Positions 20,930-30,600 of a stretch of 64,000 bases of DNA are shown piece by piece. The position numbers were made by a program, and so were the translations under genes. Numbering within the stretch: position 1 is the first letter of the stretch; every line of letters starts with the position of its first letter. Where the stretch lies: the NCBI GenBank assembly GCA_027493875.1, contig JAOSJX010000006.1:45248-109247 (forward strand), in the 5' to 3' direction. The notes under the pieces were generated by a model that was not told the origin of the DNA, searched no databases, and saw only the letters and a list, made by a program, of their open reading frames with translations. Source of the DNA: Deltaproteobacteria bacterium (lineage in GTDB: Bacteria; Lernaellota; Lernaellaia; JACKCT01).

Positions 20930-21499
20930 TTAGTAGTGGAACTCCAGCCGCATGAGCATCGTCACGGCCGTGTCGGTGTCGAACTCCTCGGGAAAATACT
21001 GGTGGAACCGCGCGATGAACGCCGAATGCAGAAACGGCGTCACCACGCCCACCAGCCCGAGCCCGAAATGAAATCCGAACGCGTCCTCGTCGTCCGCGGG
21101 ATCGTCCACGCGGATCATCTGGTAGCTGAGCCCGCCCAAAAGCTGCGGCCGGATCGTCCCGGTGGAAATCGCCCAGGCGAACGTCGTCAGGACTTCATTG
21201 AAGGCGATGTCGATCGATTCGCCGTTCGTTACGTCCGCCGTCGTTTCCGCGCGGAGAAACCCCAGTTCGAGCGTTGCCTGATCGCTGACGCCGTAGCCCA
21301 GATGCCCGCCGTAGGCCGTGCCGCCGTGCACGTCGAACGGTTCGATTTCCGGATGAAAGAGGCGCGGAAAAATGCCGCCCGCTTCGACGCCGGCGATGAT
21401 TTCGCCGCCGTCGGCGCGGGCCGCGCCCGCCGGCCAGACCGCCGCCGTTAGTGCCAACAATATTCCGAACGCGATCGTCCCACGGCTCATCGCACGCAA
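20930..21499 (-). CDS. outer-membrane beta-barrel protein (third tandem paralog)
   Basis: Signal peptide …ALTAAVWPAGAARA, Gly/aromatic-rich strand pattern and C-terminal …MRLEFHY*. Confidence 0.55.
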   Translation of the reverse strand: MRAMSRGTIAFGILLALTAAVWPAGAARADGGEIIAGVEAGGIFPRLFHPEIEPFDVHGGTAYGGHLGYGVSDQATLELGFLRAETTADVTNGESIDIAFNEVLTTFAWAISTGTIRPQLLGGLSYQMIRVDDPADDEDAFGFHFGLGLVGVVTPFLHSAFIARFHQYFPEEFDTDTAVTMLMRLEFHY

Positions 21500-21577
21500 A
21501 CTCCTCCGGAAACCGGCGACCTTTTTTACCCCGGATCGCCGGGCAAGTCACGGGGCCGGGGCGCCGGCGGGACGCGG

Positions 21578-22600
21578 TCAGGAGTCCAGCATCACCATGA
21601 TTTCGGCGACGCCGAGACGCGTGCCGTCGGCGGTCCAATGCGTCTTGTCGCCGAGAAAAAGGCTGTCCCGGTTGGGATGATCGGCGAACGCGGCCAGCGG
21701 ATAGCGGACGGGAATGTCCATTGCTTCGCAGATTTTCACGGCGTCCTCGATCAAACGCACCTGCGCCGGGGGGGCGACGCCGTAAACGATATCGCGCGGC
21801 GGAACGGCCAAAACCTTGAGGCGCCGGCCCGTTGAGGCGACTTCCCGGTTGAGAAGCTCCAAGAGAAATCGGAACTGGTCGAGTTCGTTGCGTTCGTCGT
21901 CCGCGCGCCGGTTCCGCGCGTCGCGTTTCGTGTAGGCGTCGGGAAAGATACCGACGGCGAGGCGGCTTCTCGCCAAAAGCGACGGCCTCTTATTTTTCGG
22001 GACCGGGACGTTTTCCGCGATCCACCCGGGCGTATCGTCCGTCGGGCGAAGGTACGGCTTGTTGTGGCCGTAAACGCGCGTCATCAGGTTTTCGAGAAGA
22101 TCGTTCTTATAAAATAGATAAATGACCTCGGCGGGCTCGACGAGTTTTTGCTCCACCACCACGCGCCGGAAGAGAAGAAAGGTCTGGTCCGTTCCGTATC
22201 CCGGAAAGGCCAGCGGGAAGACCGGCCGCCCGGTACGTTCGGCGAGCTGCCGCGCGGGGGTCGAGGTGTCGTCGAGATCGAAGCCCGCGGTAAACGAGTC
22301 ACCGATCAGAAGAATCGGACGCTCGCCCGGCGCCGGCAGCGGGCCGCGCAGCCCCCAGGCGTTGAGGCGAACCGGAATGGCGCCCTCGCCGCCCATGATC
22401 GCCATTTCGCCCGAGGCGTGCGGCCGGCCGACCCAGCCGAGCAGATCGTCATGTTGGGAGAGTTGCAACCCGCCCATGCGCGAGGCGGGCACTTCGAGCA
22501 CCCAATTCGGACGCATCCGCCGCGCGAACGCCTCCGCCGAGGCGAGCCCCGCCACCAGTACACAGACAAAGACGACGATGCGTCCCAACCAGCGCGTCAA
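21578..22600 (-). CDS. SGNH/GDSL-family hydrolase with N-terminal signal/anchor
   Basis: PILLIGDSFTAGF (GDS block), DKTHWTADG (DxxH block) and an N-terminal hydrophobic segment. Confidence 0.7.
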   Translation of the reverse strand: MTRWLGRIVVFVCVLVAGLASAEAFARRMRPNWVLEVPASRMGGLQLSQHDDLLGWVGRPHASGEMAIMGGEGAIPVRLNAWGLRGPLPAPGERPILLIGDSFTAGFDLDDTSTPARQLAERTGRPVFPLAFPGYGTDQTFLLFRRVVVEQKLVEPAEVIYLFYKNDLLENLMTRVYGHNKPYLRPTDDTPGWIAENVPVPKNKRPSLLARSRLAVGIFPDAYTKRDARNRRADDERNELDQFRFLLELLNREVASTGRRLKVLAVPPRDIVYGVAPPAQVRLIEDAVKICEAMDIPVRYPLAAFADHPNRDSLFLGDKTHWTADGTRLGVAEIMVMLDS

Positions 22601-22730
22601 CGCGAGCCCTCACATCAAGAACTCCCGAAGGTGGCCGGGGGAGGCACCGTCGATTAGGGCAATTCTACACGATCCTCAATAATCACGTGAGTTATTTCGT
22701 GCGTTGTGTCGTCGGTGACACGCATTTATT

Positions 22731-23510
22731 TCATGGAAGCTTCAACTGATGCGCCGCGGTGAAATAACGGCGGAAGAGCGCGAGGATCGTCGCGATCGTC
22801 GCCGTCGCGGTGATGCCGGTGAGCAGATAGAAGATCACCACCTGGTAACGCACCGCCAGCACCGGGTCCACGCCGCTGATGATCTGCCCGGTCATGACGC
22901 CGGGAAGCTGGACGATGCCCGCCGTCATGAGCCCGTTGATCGTCGGCACCATCGCCTGTTTGAGCGCGCGGCGCACCACGTCGGCTCCCGCTTGCCACGA
23001 GGTGGCCCCAAGACACAACGCGGCTTCCACGCGCTCGCGCCCGTCGCGCAGGCCGTCGTCCATGGCGCGCGCGCCGACGGCCACCGCATTCATCGCGCCA
23101 TTGAGGCCGAGGCCCATCATCGGGATCACGTAGATCGGATTGAAGTACGGCGTCACGCCGATCACGACGTAAAAAACGTACGCCGACACCGCGAGCGTTA
23201 CCGCGCCGATCACGCCGGTCGCAATCGCCGCGACGCGCGCCTCGCGCATCCCGGCCCGGAGCGCCGCGTTCCACCCGGCGATCACGGTCATCACCGCGAG
23301 CACGCCGAACACCGGCAGCGGACGGTTCAGCCCGAACACCGCCCCGAGAAGATACCCGACGAGCATGAGCTGAACGAAAACGCGGACCGTGCCCACGAGC
23401 AGGTCGCGCTGCAAGCCGAGGCGCATTTTGCGGCTGATCGCGTACGGCGCCGCCATGACGAGCGCCGCCGCCAGCACATCCCAATAGCTCAGCGCGTACG
23501 GCCCGCTCAC
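22731..23510 (-). CDS. fetB: iron export ABC transporter permease FetB (YbbM/UPF0014 family)
   Basis: Colinear similarity to E. coli YbbM (LCLGATSWQA…PTINGLMTAGIVQLPGVMTGQIISGVDPVLAVRYQVVI). Confidence 0.8.
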   Translation of the reverse strand: MSGPYALSYWDVLAAALVMAAPYAISRKMRLGLQRDLLVGTVRVFVQLMLVGYLLGAVFGLNRPLPVFGVLAVMTVIAGWNAALRAGMREARVAAIATGVIGAVTLAVSAYVFYVVIGVTPYFNPIYVIPMMGLGLNGAMNAVAVGARAMDDGLRDGRERVEAALCLGATSWQAGADVVRRALKQAMVPTINGLMTAGIVQLPGVMTGQIISGVDPVLAVRYQVVIFYLLTGITATATIATILALFRRYFTAAHQLKLP

Positions 23511-24268
23511 TTGGACGCCTCCCCAAGCACGTCAGCCACGGCACCCGTTGGGTTATCCAGAATCGACGCCGGGGGACCGTCCTGCGCGATGCGTCCCTCT
23601 GCCAGTACGAGGAGCCGGTCGCACCGCCGCATCTTATCCGGCTCGTGCGCGACGTGGACGAGAATCCGTCCCTCGTCGCGTACCACGCGGGCGAGTGCGT
23701 CCAGGACGATGCCGGCGATTTTCGGGTCGAGACTCGCCGTCGCCTCGTCGAGCAAAAGCACTTCGGGATTGGTGTAAAGAGCCCGCGCGAGTTGCACCCG
23801 CGCCTGCTGGCCCACCGACAGCGCGGACGCGTCGCGGTCCAGAAAATCATCGGTGAGCTGCGCGAGGGCGAGAACCCGCCGCGCGCGTTCCGCGTCGCCT
23901 TCGGCGCGGCCGGCCAGCGTGTCCGCGGCAACGATGTTGTCACGCACACGACCGGAAAACATGACGGGCTTTTGCGTGACAAGCGCGACGCGGCGGCGGA
24001 GATCGGTGGGCAAAAGTTGACGGATATCCCTTCCCCCGTAATTCACGCGTCCTTCGTCCGGGTCTTCGAGACGGTTCAGCAGACGCAGCAGGGTTGTCTT
24101 CCCGGACCCGCTTTTTCCCATCAATCCGACGCACGCTCCCGGCGCGATCGTCAACGAAAGCCGGTTGAGAACGGTCTCCCGCCCGCCCGCGCCCTTGCGC
24201 CGCGTGACGCCGTCAAAGGTGATGTCGGAAGCCCTCATCGCGCGAAAGGGTATCGCCAAGCCGGGCAA
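23507..24268 (-). CDS. fetA: iron export ABC transporter ATP-binding protein FetA
   Basis: Walker A GKSGSGKTTL, ABC signature LSVGQQARVQLARAL and Walker B LLLDEATASLD. The stop overlaps the fetB start. The true start is probably MRASDITF near 24238. Confidence 0.85.
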   Translation of the reverse strand: MPGLAIPFRAMRASDITFDGVTRRKGAGGRETVLNRLSLTIAPGACVGLMGKSGSGKTTLLRLLNRLEDPDEGRVNYGGRDIRQLLPTDLRRRVALVTQKPVMFSGRVRDNIVAADTLAGRAEGDAERARRVLALAQLTDDFLDRDASALSVGQQARVQLARALYTNPEVLLLDEATASLDPKIAGIVLDALARVVRDEGRILVHVAHEPDKMRRCDRLLVLAEGRIAQDGPPASILDNPTGAVADVLGEASK

Positions 24269-24378
24269 CGCACAACTTGCACCGCTCCGGCATTTCCACT
24301 TACGGCAGGGCGCCCGGAATTAGTAATGACGGTTATTTAGTCTGCCAAAGCAAGAACATTAGCTAACGTCCGAAATAT

Positions 24379-24969
24379 CTAACGGACACATCGCTTGTAC
24401 GTGCTGAAGCTTTTTTTACATCCGTCGCATTCAACAAAATTAACGACGCTGCCACTATCAAAATTAACATACCAACGGTAAGTATCACCGTCCGCGTCGG
24501 CAACCTTCGAAGTTGAAGCGAACAGAAAGCAAGATTCCGGCAATTCAGCGGGGCCATAGCAGCCATTACTCGGGCCTTCTTGTGCCGCACAAGTGGTGCA
24601 TGCATCGTCGGCGCAGTCCGCCTCAAGACAGTCGTCCGTGACACTGCACGCTCCGCCGGTTTGGGTCGTCGGACAGCCGCGAATCAACGTCCGTAATTCC
24701 GAAATTGACGGCAGGCGCCAATCGTCGAACCCGGCCAACGTCAGATCGGAACAATTCGTCTCAGCGCTCCCGCTCGAATGCGACTCATCCGTTTGCCACA
24801 TCAAACCCGAAGTCGGATCGGTCCATACGCCGTCATCATCGTCGTCATCACTGACCGCCGCGTCATCATCGCTATCGCTTTCGTTTCCGTTTTCACAAGC
24901 GGTTAAGCAAGCTAGAATAACAGCTAAGATCAGAAAATTTACGAAAGCTGCTTGTCTCATAGCATTCAC
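24379..24969 (-). CDS. lipoprotein with poly-Asp linker and DUF1566 (Lcl C-terminal-like) domain
   Basis: Lipobox LTAC, acidic linker SDSDDDAAVSDDDDDDG, then GLMWQ…DWRLPSISELRTL typical of DUF1566. It lies in a lower-GC region. Confidence 0.6.
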   Translation of the reverse strand: MNAMRQAAFVNFLILAVILACLTACENGNESDSDDDAAVSDDDDDDGVWTDPTSGLMWQTDESHSSGSAETNCSDLTLAGFDDWRLPSISELRTLIRGCPTTQTGGACSVTDDCLEADCADDACTTCAAQEGPSNGCYGPAELPESCFLFASTSKVADADGDTYRWYVNFDSGSVVNFVECDGCKKSFSTYKRCVR

Positions 24970-24970
24970 C

Positions 24971-26167
24971 TTATGGGCAACTATTGGGGACGTAGACTTG
25001 GCCGCGCAAGGGCATCCAGTTATTCTGAGTGTGCTCTTCGATGGGACTCGTAAGTATCCCTACGCGGGCGAGGAGGTAATACCAGTTTCCCTTTGCCACC
25101 GATGGGACCGTAAACGCTTGACCAGCCCGGTATGAAGTGGCGGCGGCTATATTTTTGTCCACGGTCGTTGACGACATGGTATCCTGCCAAAGATTCAGCG
25201 ACTCGTCAGTCGAGAACCACAATTGCAGCGTCGCCGTTTCGGATGACGTGCCGTAATTGGCAACGGCAAAACGCGTCCTCACGCTATCACCCGGACAAAC
25301 TGTAACACTTGGACTCGTTGCGCAATACGGAAAGTCTTCTGCGAAAATACTGCTCGTCCAACCCGTGCCTTTAGCGGGTTTACAAAGTTTTTTTGCGTAA
25401 GCCACAGGATAAGTGGCTCCAGGATCAAAAATATCCGAAGAGTCAACCCAAAGATTTAGTACAGCAAGATCGCGTTCGCTACCACTATCCGGATAAATCT
25501 CCCGCAGTCCTTCTCGGGCGTCAGGAAGCGCATCCACCATCCACGCAGACGACCGGTTTACGAACGGGCCTCCATCTGTGGGATGCCAATAATTCATCAT
25601 AGAAAACGCATCATCTTCGTGCCCAAGACCAATTGCATGGCCCATTTCGTGTAAAATCAGCGCTCTCATATACCGTTCTCCACCGTCCGCTACCACGTCA
25701 GGATCGTAATATGTCGAAGGCACGGAGTAAACAAAATCGCGATCGGCATTCATTATGACGTCGGCCTCAAGAATGACACAGCTATACTGGCCACCACCAT
25801 TGACGATCATCGTCACACCGGAAAAATTGTCATCCACATCGTCGCTGATGAAAATTTCAGACAATGTATTTGGAAACTCCGAATCGTACGGCCAAGAAAC
25901 CCATTGGGGTGCGATATTGGCATCGCCGACATAATTGATCGTATCCAACGGTTCGGTCACTGCCGCCAGCTTCGCTGAAGTGTCGAAATCATTCGTGGTT
26001 GTATTGATATGAAATACTGGATTGCTAATGCTCCAAGAAACGCCGGTAGAACAACCAGACTCCTGGTTCGGCGTCCATGCGAATGCGCCGCTGTATGTAG
26101 TAAGGAGGGTTGCGACGAAAAAGACGAACGCGGCAACGTGACGACACCCCATAGTAAACCTCCTCAC
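24971..26167 (-). CDS. secreted zinc metalloprotease, metzincin-type (HExxHxxGxxH)
   Basis: Signal peptide, HEMGHAIGLGHEDD zinc-binding motif, downstream Met-turn candidate SMMNY. It lies in a lower-GC region. Confidence 0.75.
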   Translation of the reverse strand: MRRFTMGCRHVAAFVFFVATLLTTYSGAFAWTPNQESGCSTGVSWSISNPVFHINTTTNDFDTSAKLAAVTEPLDTINYVGDANIAPQWVSWPYDSEFPNTLSEIFISDDVDDNFSGVTMIVNGGGQYSCVILEADVIMNADRDFVYSVPSTYYDPDVVADGGERYMRALILHEMGHAIGLGHEDDAFSMMNYWHPTDGGPFVNRSSAWMVDALPDAREGLREIYPDSGSERDLAVLNLWVDSSDIFDPGATYPVAYAKKLCKPAKGTGWTSSIFAEDFPYCATSPSVTVCPGDSVRTRFAVANYGTSSETATLQLWFSTDESLNLWQDTMSSTTVDKNIAAATSYRAGQAFTVPSVAKGNWYYLLARVGILTSPIEEHTQNNWMPLRGQVYVPNSCP

Positions 26168-26400
26168 CTAGCGTTAATCAACCGCTCATATTTTTCGACA
26201 AACATTTCCAACGGCAAATTTCCGCCGGAACGCGGCGGCACATTTTGCAACAGCGCGTCGATCACGGTGTCAAAATCCTCGATATCAACCGACTCCTGCT
26301 CCACATTCGTAATATCCTCGTTGTCGGCGATATCAGGGTAATCAAAAACTTCGTCCCAAGCCTGACAACGCGTCCGATCCGTTACACCATCGGGATGCAA
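26164..26400 (-). CDS. hypothetical acidic protein, or C-terminal continuation of the upstream gene
   Basis: 78-codon ORF with a TTG start directly abutting the end of 26382..26939 in the -1 frame. Confidence 0.25.
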   Translation of the reverse strand: MHPDGVTDRTRCQAWDEVFDYPDIADNEDITNVEQESVDIEDFDTVIDALLQNVPPRSGGNLPLEMFVEKYERLINAR

Positions 26401-26939
26401 CGAAGATTCCGCGCCTTAATCGTTCGTTCGCCGGAGAACGACATGAGTGGCCGCCAAGCATGATCGAGTACAATCTCCTCGTCGCCTTCACTGACGACGC
26501 GAAGCACGCCCGAGTCGCCTCCCACCGTCGCGAAAATTCCGTACATTTCTCCGTTGTAATTGACGATAACGTGGTCGGTAGGCGCGAAGGCCGCTTGACC
26601 CCCTAAAAGCATGTGCTTTCCATCTCGAAACTCGCCGCCGGCCATGGGAAACGAAAACGAATCACCGTCGCTCACGCCGCGATAACCCTTGATAACCTTT
26701 ATCGTCACTGTGGAATACGGAATTTCCTTGCCGGAATCATTGGTTAAATAGGAATATTCGATCGATTGAACGACTCCTCGCAAAATAACCGTCGCTTTGT
26801 CGGCGATCCTTTCCGGTGAGCCGATATCGGCCGCTTCGCCTTCCCACATCACCGCAAATGCCTGTGCAGATGAAAAAACAAGCACAACGCCTACCGCCAC
26901 CACGATGAACAATTGAATTTGCCTCATGGATAACTCCAC
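26382..26939 (-). CDS. hypothetical secreted protein
   Basis: ORF with signal peptide MRQIQLFIVVAVGVVLVFSSAQA in lower-GC DNA. It may continue into ORF 26164..26400 through a 1-nt frameshift near 26400. Confidence 0.4.
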   Translation of the reverse strand: MELSMRQIQLFIVVAVGVVLVFSSAQAFAVMWEGEAADIGSPERIADKATVILRGVVQSIEYSYLTNDSGKEIPYSTVTIKVIKGYRGVSDGDSFSFPMAGGEFRDGKHMLLGGQAAFAPTDHVIVNYNGEMYGIFATVGGDSGVLRVVSEGDEEIVLDHAWRPLMSFSGERTIKARNLRCIPMV

Positions 26940-27046
26940 GACGTGTTGACTTTGAAAAGATACCCCCCTTTCAAATATGTCAATGATTTTTTTCTTGCAA
27001 AAGCCTCCGCCGCCCGTATTCTTCGCGGTGCATTGGAGAGGGGACT

Positions 27047-27682
27047 TTGGACCAACGGCTCGTCATCGGCACTTACGATCTCGACGAGGATCTGATCGCG
27101 CGCGTGCGGACGACGCGCGAACCGGCGCAGCGCGTCGCGGCGGTGGCGTCGCGCATGGTCGTGCTCGGGCGCGGAAGCAAGCCGGAGATGGAACTGCGCG
27201 TCGACAACTGCCTTGCCGACGGCGTTCCGGTTCTCCGCCGCGGCGGCGGATGCGCGGTCTTCCTCGACGAGGGCAATATCGTCGTGTCCGTCGTTCTCCC
27301 GGTCACAGGCATCGCGGGAAACGACCGCTACTTTTGCGACATCACGAAATGGCTGACGGCGGGACTATCGGAGATCGGCGTCCCCGGCGTCCGCCCGGCG
27401 GGCGTCTCCGACCTCGCCCTCGGCGACCGCAAGGTCGGCGGCGCGTGCATCCACCGCTCGAAGGACGTTTTGTATTACTCGACGACGCTGCTTATCTCGC
27501 CCGACGTGGACGCGATGGAACGCTACCTCGCGCAGCCGCCCAAGGAGCCCGACTACCGCCGCGGACGCGCGCATCGCGAATTCGTCGGCCGACTATCTCT
27601 TCCGCGTTCGATGGAAAATACCGAGGGACTTGCCGAGGCGTTACGCGCGGCGCTCAAATTTCCGATCGCATTCGGGAGCTAA
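27047..27682 (+). CDS. biotin/lipoate A/B protein ligase family protein (LplA/LipB-like catalytic domain)
   Basis: BPL/LPL catalytic-domain-like sequence VLGRGSKPEMELRVDNCLADGVPVLRRGGGCAVFLDEGNIVVSVVL. Convergent with the giant gene, with a 4-nt end overlap. Confidence 0.6.
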   Translation: MDQRLVIGTYDLDEDLIARVRTTREPAQRVAAVASRMVVLGRGSKPEMELRVDNCLADGVPVLRRGGGCAVFLDEGNIVVSVVLPVTGIAGNDRYFCDITKWLTAGLSEIGVPGVRPAGVSDLALGDRKVGGACIHRSKDVLYYSTTLLISPDVDAMERYLAQPPKEPDYRRGRAHREFVGRLSLPRSMENTEGLAEALRAALKFPIAFGS

Positions 27683-30600
27683 CACCCGCAACAACCCGCG
27701 TCGCCGTCATCGTCGTCGTCATCGCCGTCCTCTTCCCACGGGTCGCGGTGGCGGTCCGGCTCTTCGTCGTCGTCAGGTTCCGCGGCGGAGGCGGCGACCC
27801 ACTCGTCTTCCTCGTTCTGGCCGAATTCGGGAAGATCCCAATCGTCGTCCCATTTATCAAAGGTATCGTCGTCCCCGCCGGCGGTGTCGTCGTCATCGTC
27901 ATCGCCGAGGATCTGGTCGCACGTATCCTGAAGGTCGTTGCATTCCGTTCCGGGGTCGCAAGGGTCGCCGCCCGAAACGCAGGCCGCCTGACCCTCGACG
28001 CAAAACTCCGGTCCGTTGCAAAACACGCCGTCGTCCGCGCACGGGTTGCCCGATTGCAGGCAGCTTTGCGTTCCCTCGTCGCAACTCTCGACGCCGTTGC
28101 AGAACACCCCGTCGTCCGCGCACGGCACGTCCAACGGCACGCATTCGTTCTGCGTCTCGTCGCAGCTTTCCTCACCGTTGCAGAACAAGCCGTCGTCCGG
28201 ACACGGATCGCCCGACGAAACGCACATCTGCGCGTCCTCGTCGCAAGACTCGTCCCCATTGCAAAACACGCCGTCGTCGCCGCACGGATCGCCGGTGGAC
28301 AAACACGCGTCCCCGCCTTCGTCGCAGAACTCGTCGCCGTTGCAGAACACGCCGTCGTCCTCGCACGGATCGCCGGACGAAACGCACTCGCGCCCGCCCT
28401 CGTCGCACGATTCGACGCCGTTGCAAAACGCTCCGTCGTCGAAGCAGGGATCGCCGGTGGAAACGCACCCGTCGATATTGTCGTCGCAAATTTCGTCGCC
28501 GTTGCAGAACAGCCCGTCGTCGCTGCACGGATTCCCGGTGTGATCGCAAACGTCCTGCGCTTCGTTGCACGATTCGCCGCCGTTGCAGAACAGTCCGTCG
28601 TCGCCGCACGGCGGGCCGACGTGAAGGCACGCGTCCAGATTGTCGTCGCACGTCTCGCCGCCGTTGCAGAACAATCCGTCGTCCACGCACGGATTGCCCG
28701 ACGATTCGCAGGCGCTCTGCGCCTCGTTGCACGATTCGGTGCCGTTGCAAAACGCGCCGTCGTCGCCGCACGGATCGCCCGAATGCACGCACTGGTCGAT
28801 CTGGTCGTTGCAGATTTCGTTGCCGTTGCAAAACACGCCGTCGTCCAGGCAGGGGTTTCCGGCGTGCGTGCAAACGTTGCCCGCTTCGTCGCAGGTTTCC
28901 ACGCCGTTGCAGAACGCGCCGTCGTCGGGGCACGGATTGCCCGCGGAGGAGCATTGATCCAGCGTATCGTCGCAAAGCTCCGGCCCGTTGCAGAACACGC
29001 CGTCGTCGGCGCACGGATCTCCCGTCGTCACGCATTGGTCCGTGGTTTCGTTGCACGATTCCGCGCCGTTGCAGAAAAGTCCGTCGTCCGGGCACGGATC
29101 GCCCGCGTGCATGGAGCACGCCCCCGCCTGGCAGGCGTCGTCGCCGTTGCAGAAAACGCCGTCATCGCACGAGGCGCCGTTGTTGTCGGACCACGCCTGA
29201 TCGTCGATCCCCGGGTCGCAGAACAGGCAGCCGTTCACCGGGTTGGGATCGCCGTTGGCGTAACACACGCCGCCGATGAAACATCCGCCGGGGCACGCGG
29301 TGCGGATGTGCACGCCGGAAGGCTGCTCGGGCAGGCCGCCCACGTACCACGGCGACCCGGTCGCGTACGGCGTGGTGGCCGGCGAATACAGAAGCCGCGC
29401 CCGCCATCGCCACGTTCCCGGCCCGGGCTGCTGCGCCGTCGCCGTCATGGTGCCGGTGGTGCCGGCCGCGCCGCTGTCCGACCACGCCGCGAGCACGCCG
29501 TGATCCCACTCGTCGAACGCCTCGTCGAACGGCGCGACTTCCCACTCGATCCCGACCTTGCCGCGCCCGAACGGCGTTTTCTTGGGCGCCTTGATGCGGA
29601 ACGCGTCCGGCGACTCGGACGACGTGTACGGGCTCACGCGGCGGTCCACGTCGAGGCGGATCGGCACCGCGCGCCGCGTCAGGCCGCCTTCGTTGCCGTA
29701 GTAGATAAGCACGCGGCCCTCGTCCGTCTGGTCGTTGTTGAAATGCGGCGCGCCGACGATGACGTCGTCGAAGCCGTCGCTGTTCACGTCCGCCGCCGCG
29801 ACGCTCGCGCCGAGGTTCATATCCTGCTGCCCGCCCGAAACGGTCCACGCCGCGGCCGCGCTCGGCGCGGTCGCCGTGCCGAGATAGAGAAACGCCTGGC
29901 CTTCGTAGGTCAGCGTATTCGTGCGCAGATTGGCGCCGACGACCATATCGGCGTACCCGTCGCCGTTCACGTCGCCCGCCGTTCCGACACTGACGCCGTA
30001 GTTGCACAGATTCTGATTGCCTTCGCCCGTCCACGCCGCCGCGCTCTGCGGGCCGGACACGGTGCCGTAGTACAGCCGCGCGACGCCTTCCTTGAATTGG
30101 TCGCCGTTATACCGCGGCGCGCCGACGATGATGTCCGCGAAGCCGTCGCCGTTCACGTCACCCGCCGTCGCCACGGACGTACCGAAACGCGCGTCGGCGT
30201 TGTCGCTCTCTTTGCTCCACGCGGGCGCCGCGAGCGGGCCGGCCGACGTGCCGAGATAGACATGCGCGATGCCTTCATTGGTTTGCCCGTTCGTATAGTC
30301 CGGTGCGCCGACGATGATGTCGCTGAACCCGTCGCCGTTGACGTCGCCCGCGCCGCCGACCGACCAGCCGTACGCCGCGCCGACGGAATTGCCCTGGCCG
30401 GTCCACACCGGCGCGGCGGTGAGCCCCGTCGCCATCCCGAGATAAACAAACGCGGCGCCCTCGCCGTCTTCCCCCGCGTCATAGCCGTAGGCCCCGACGA
30501 TCACGTCGGTGTGGCCGTCGCCGTTGATGTCCCCGGCGCCCGCGACGCTGTACCCGAACCACGCGTTGTCCTGGTTCGACTCCGCCGTCCACGCCGCCGT

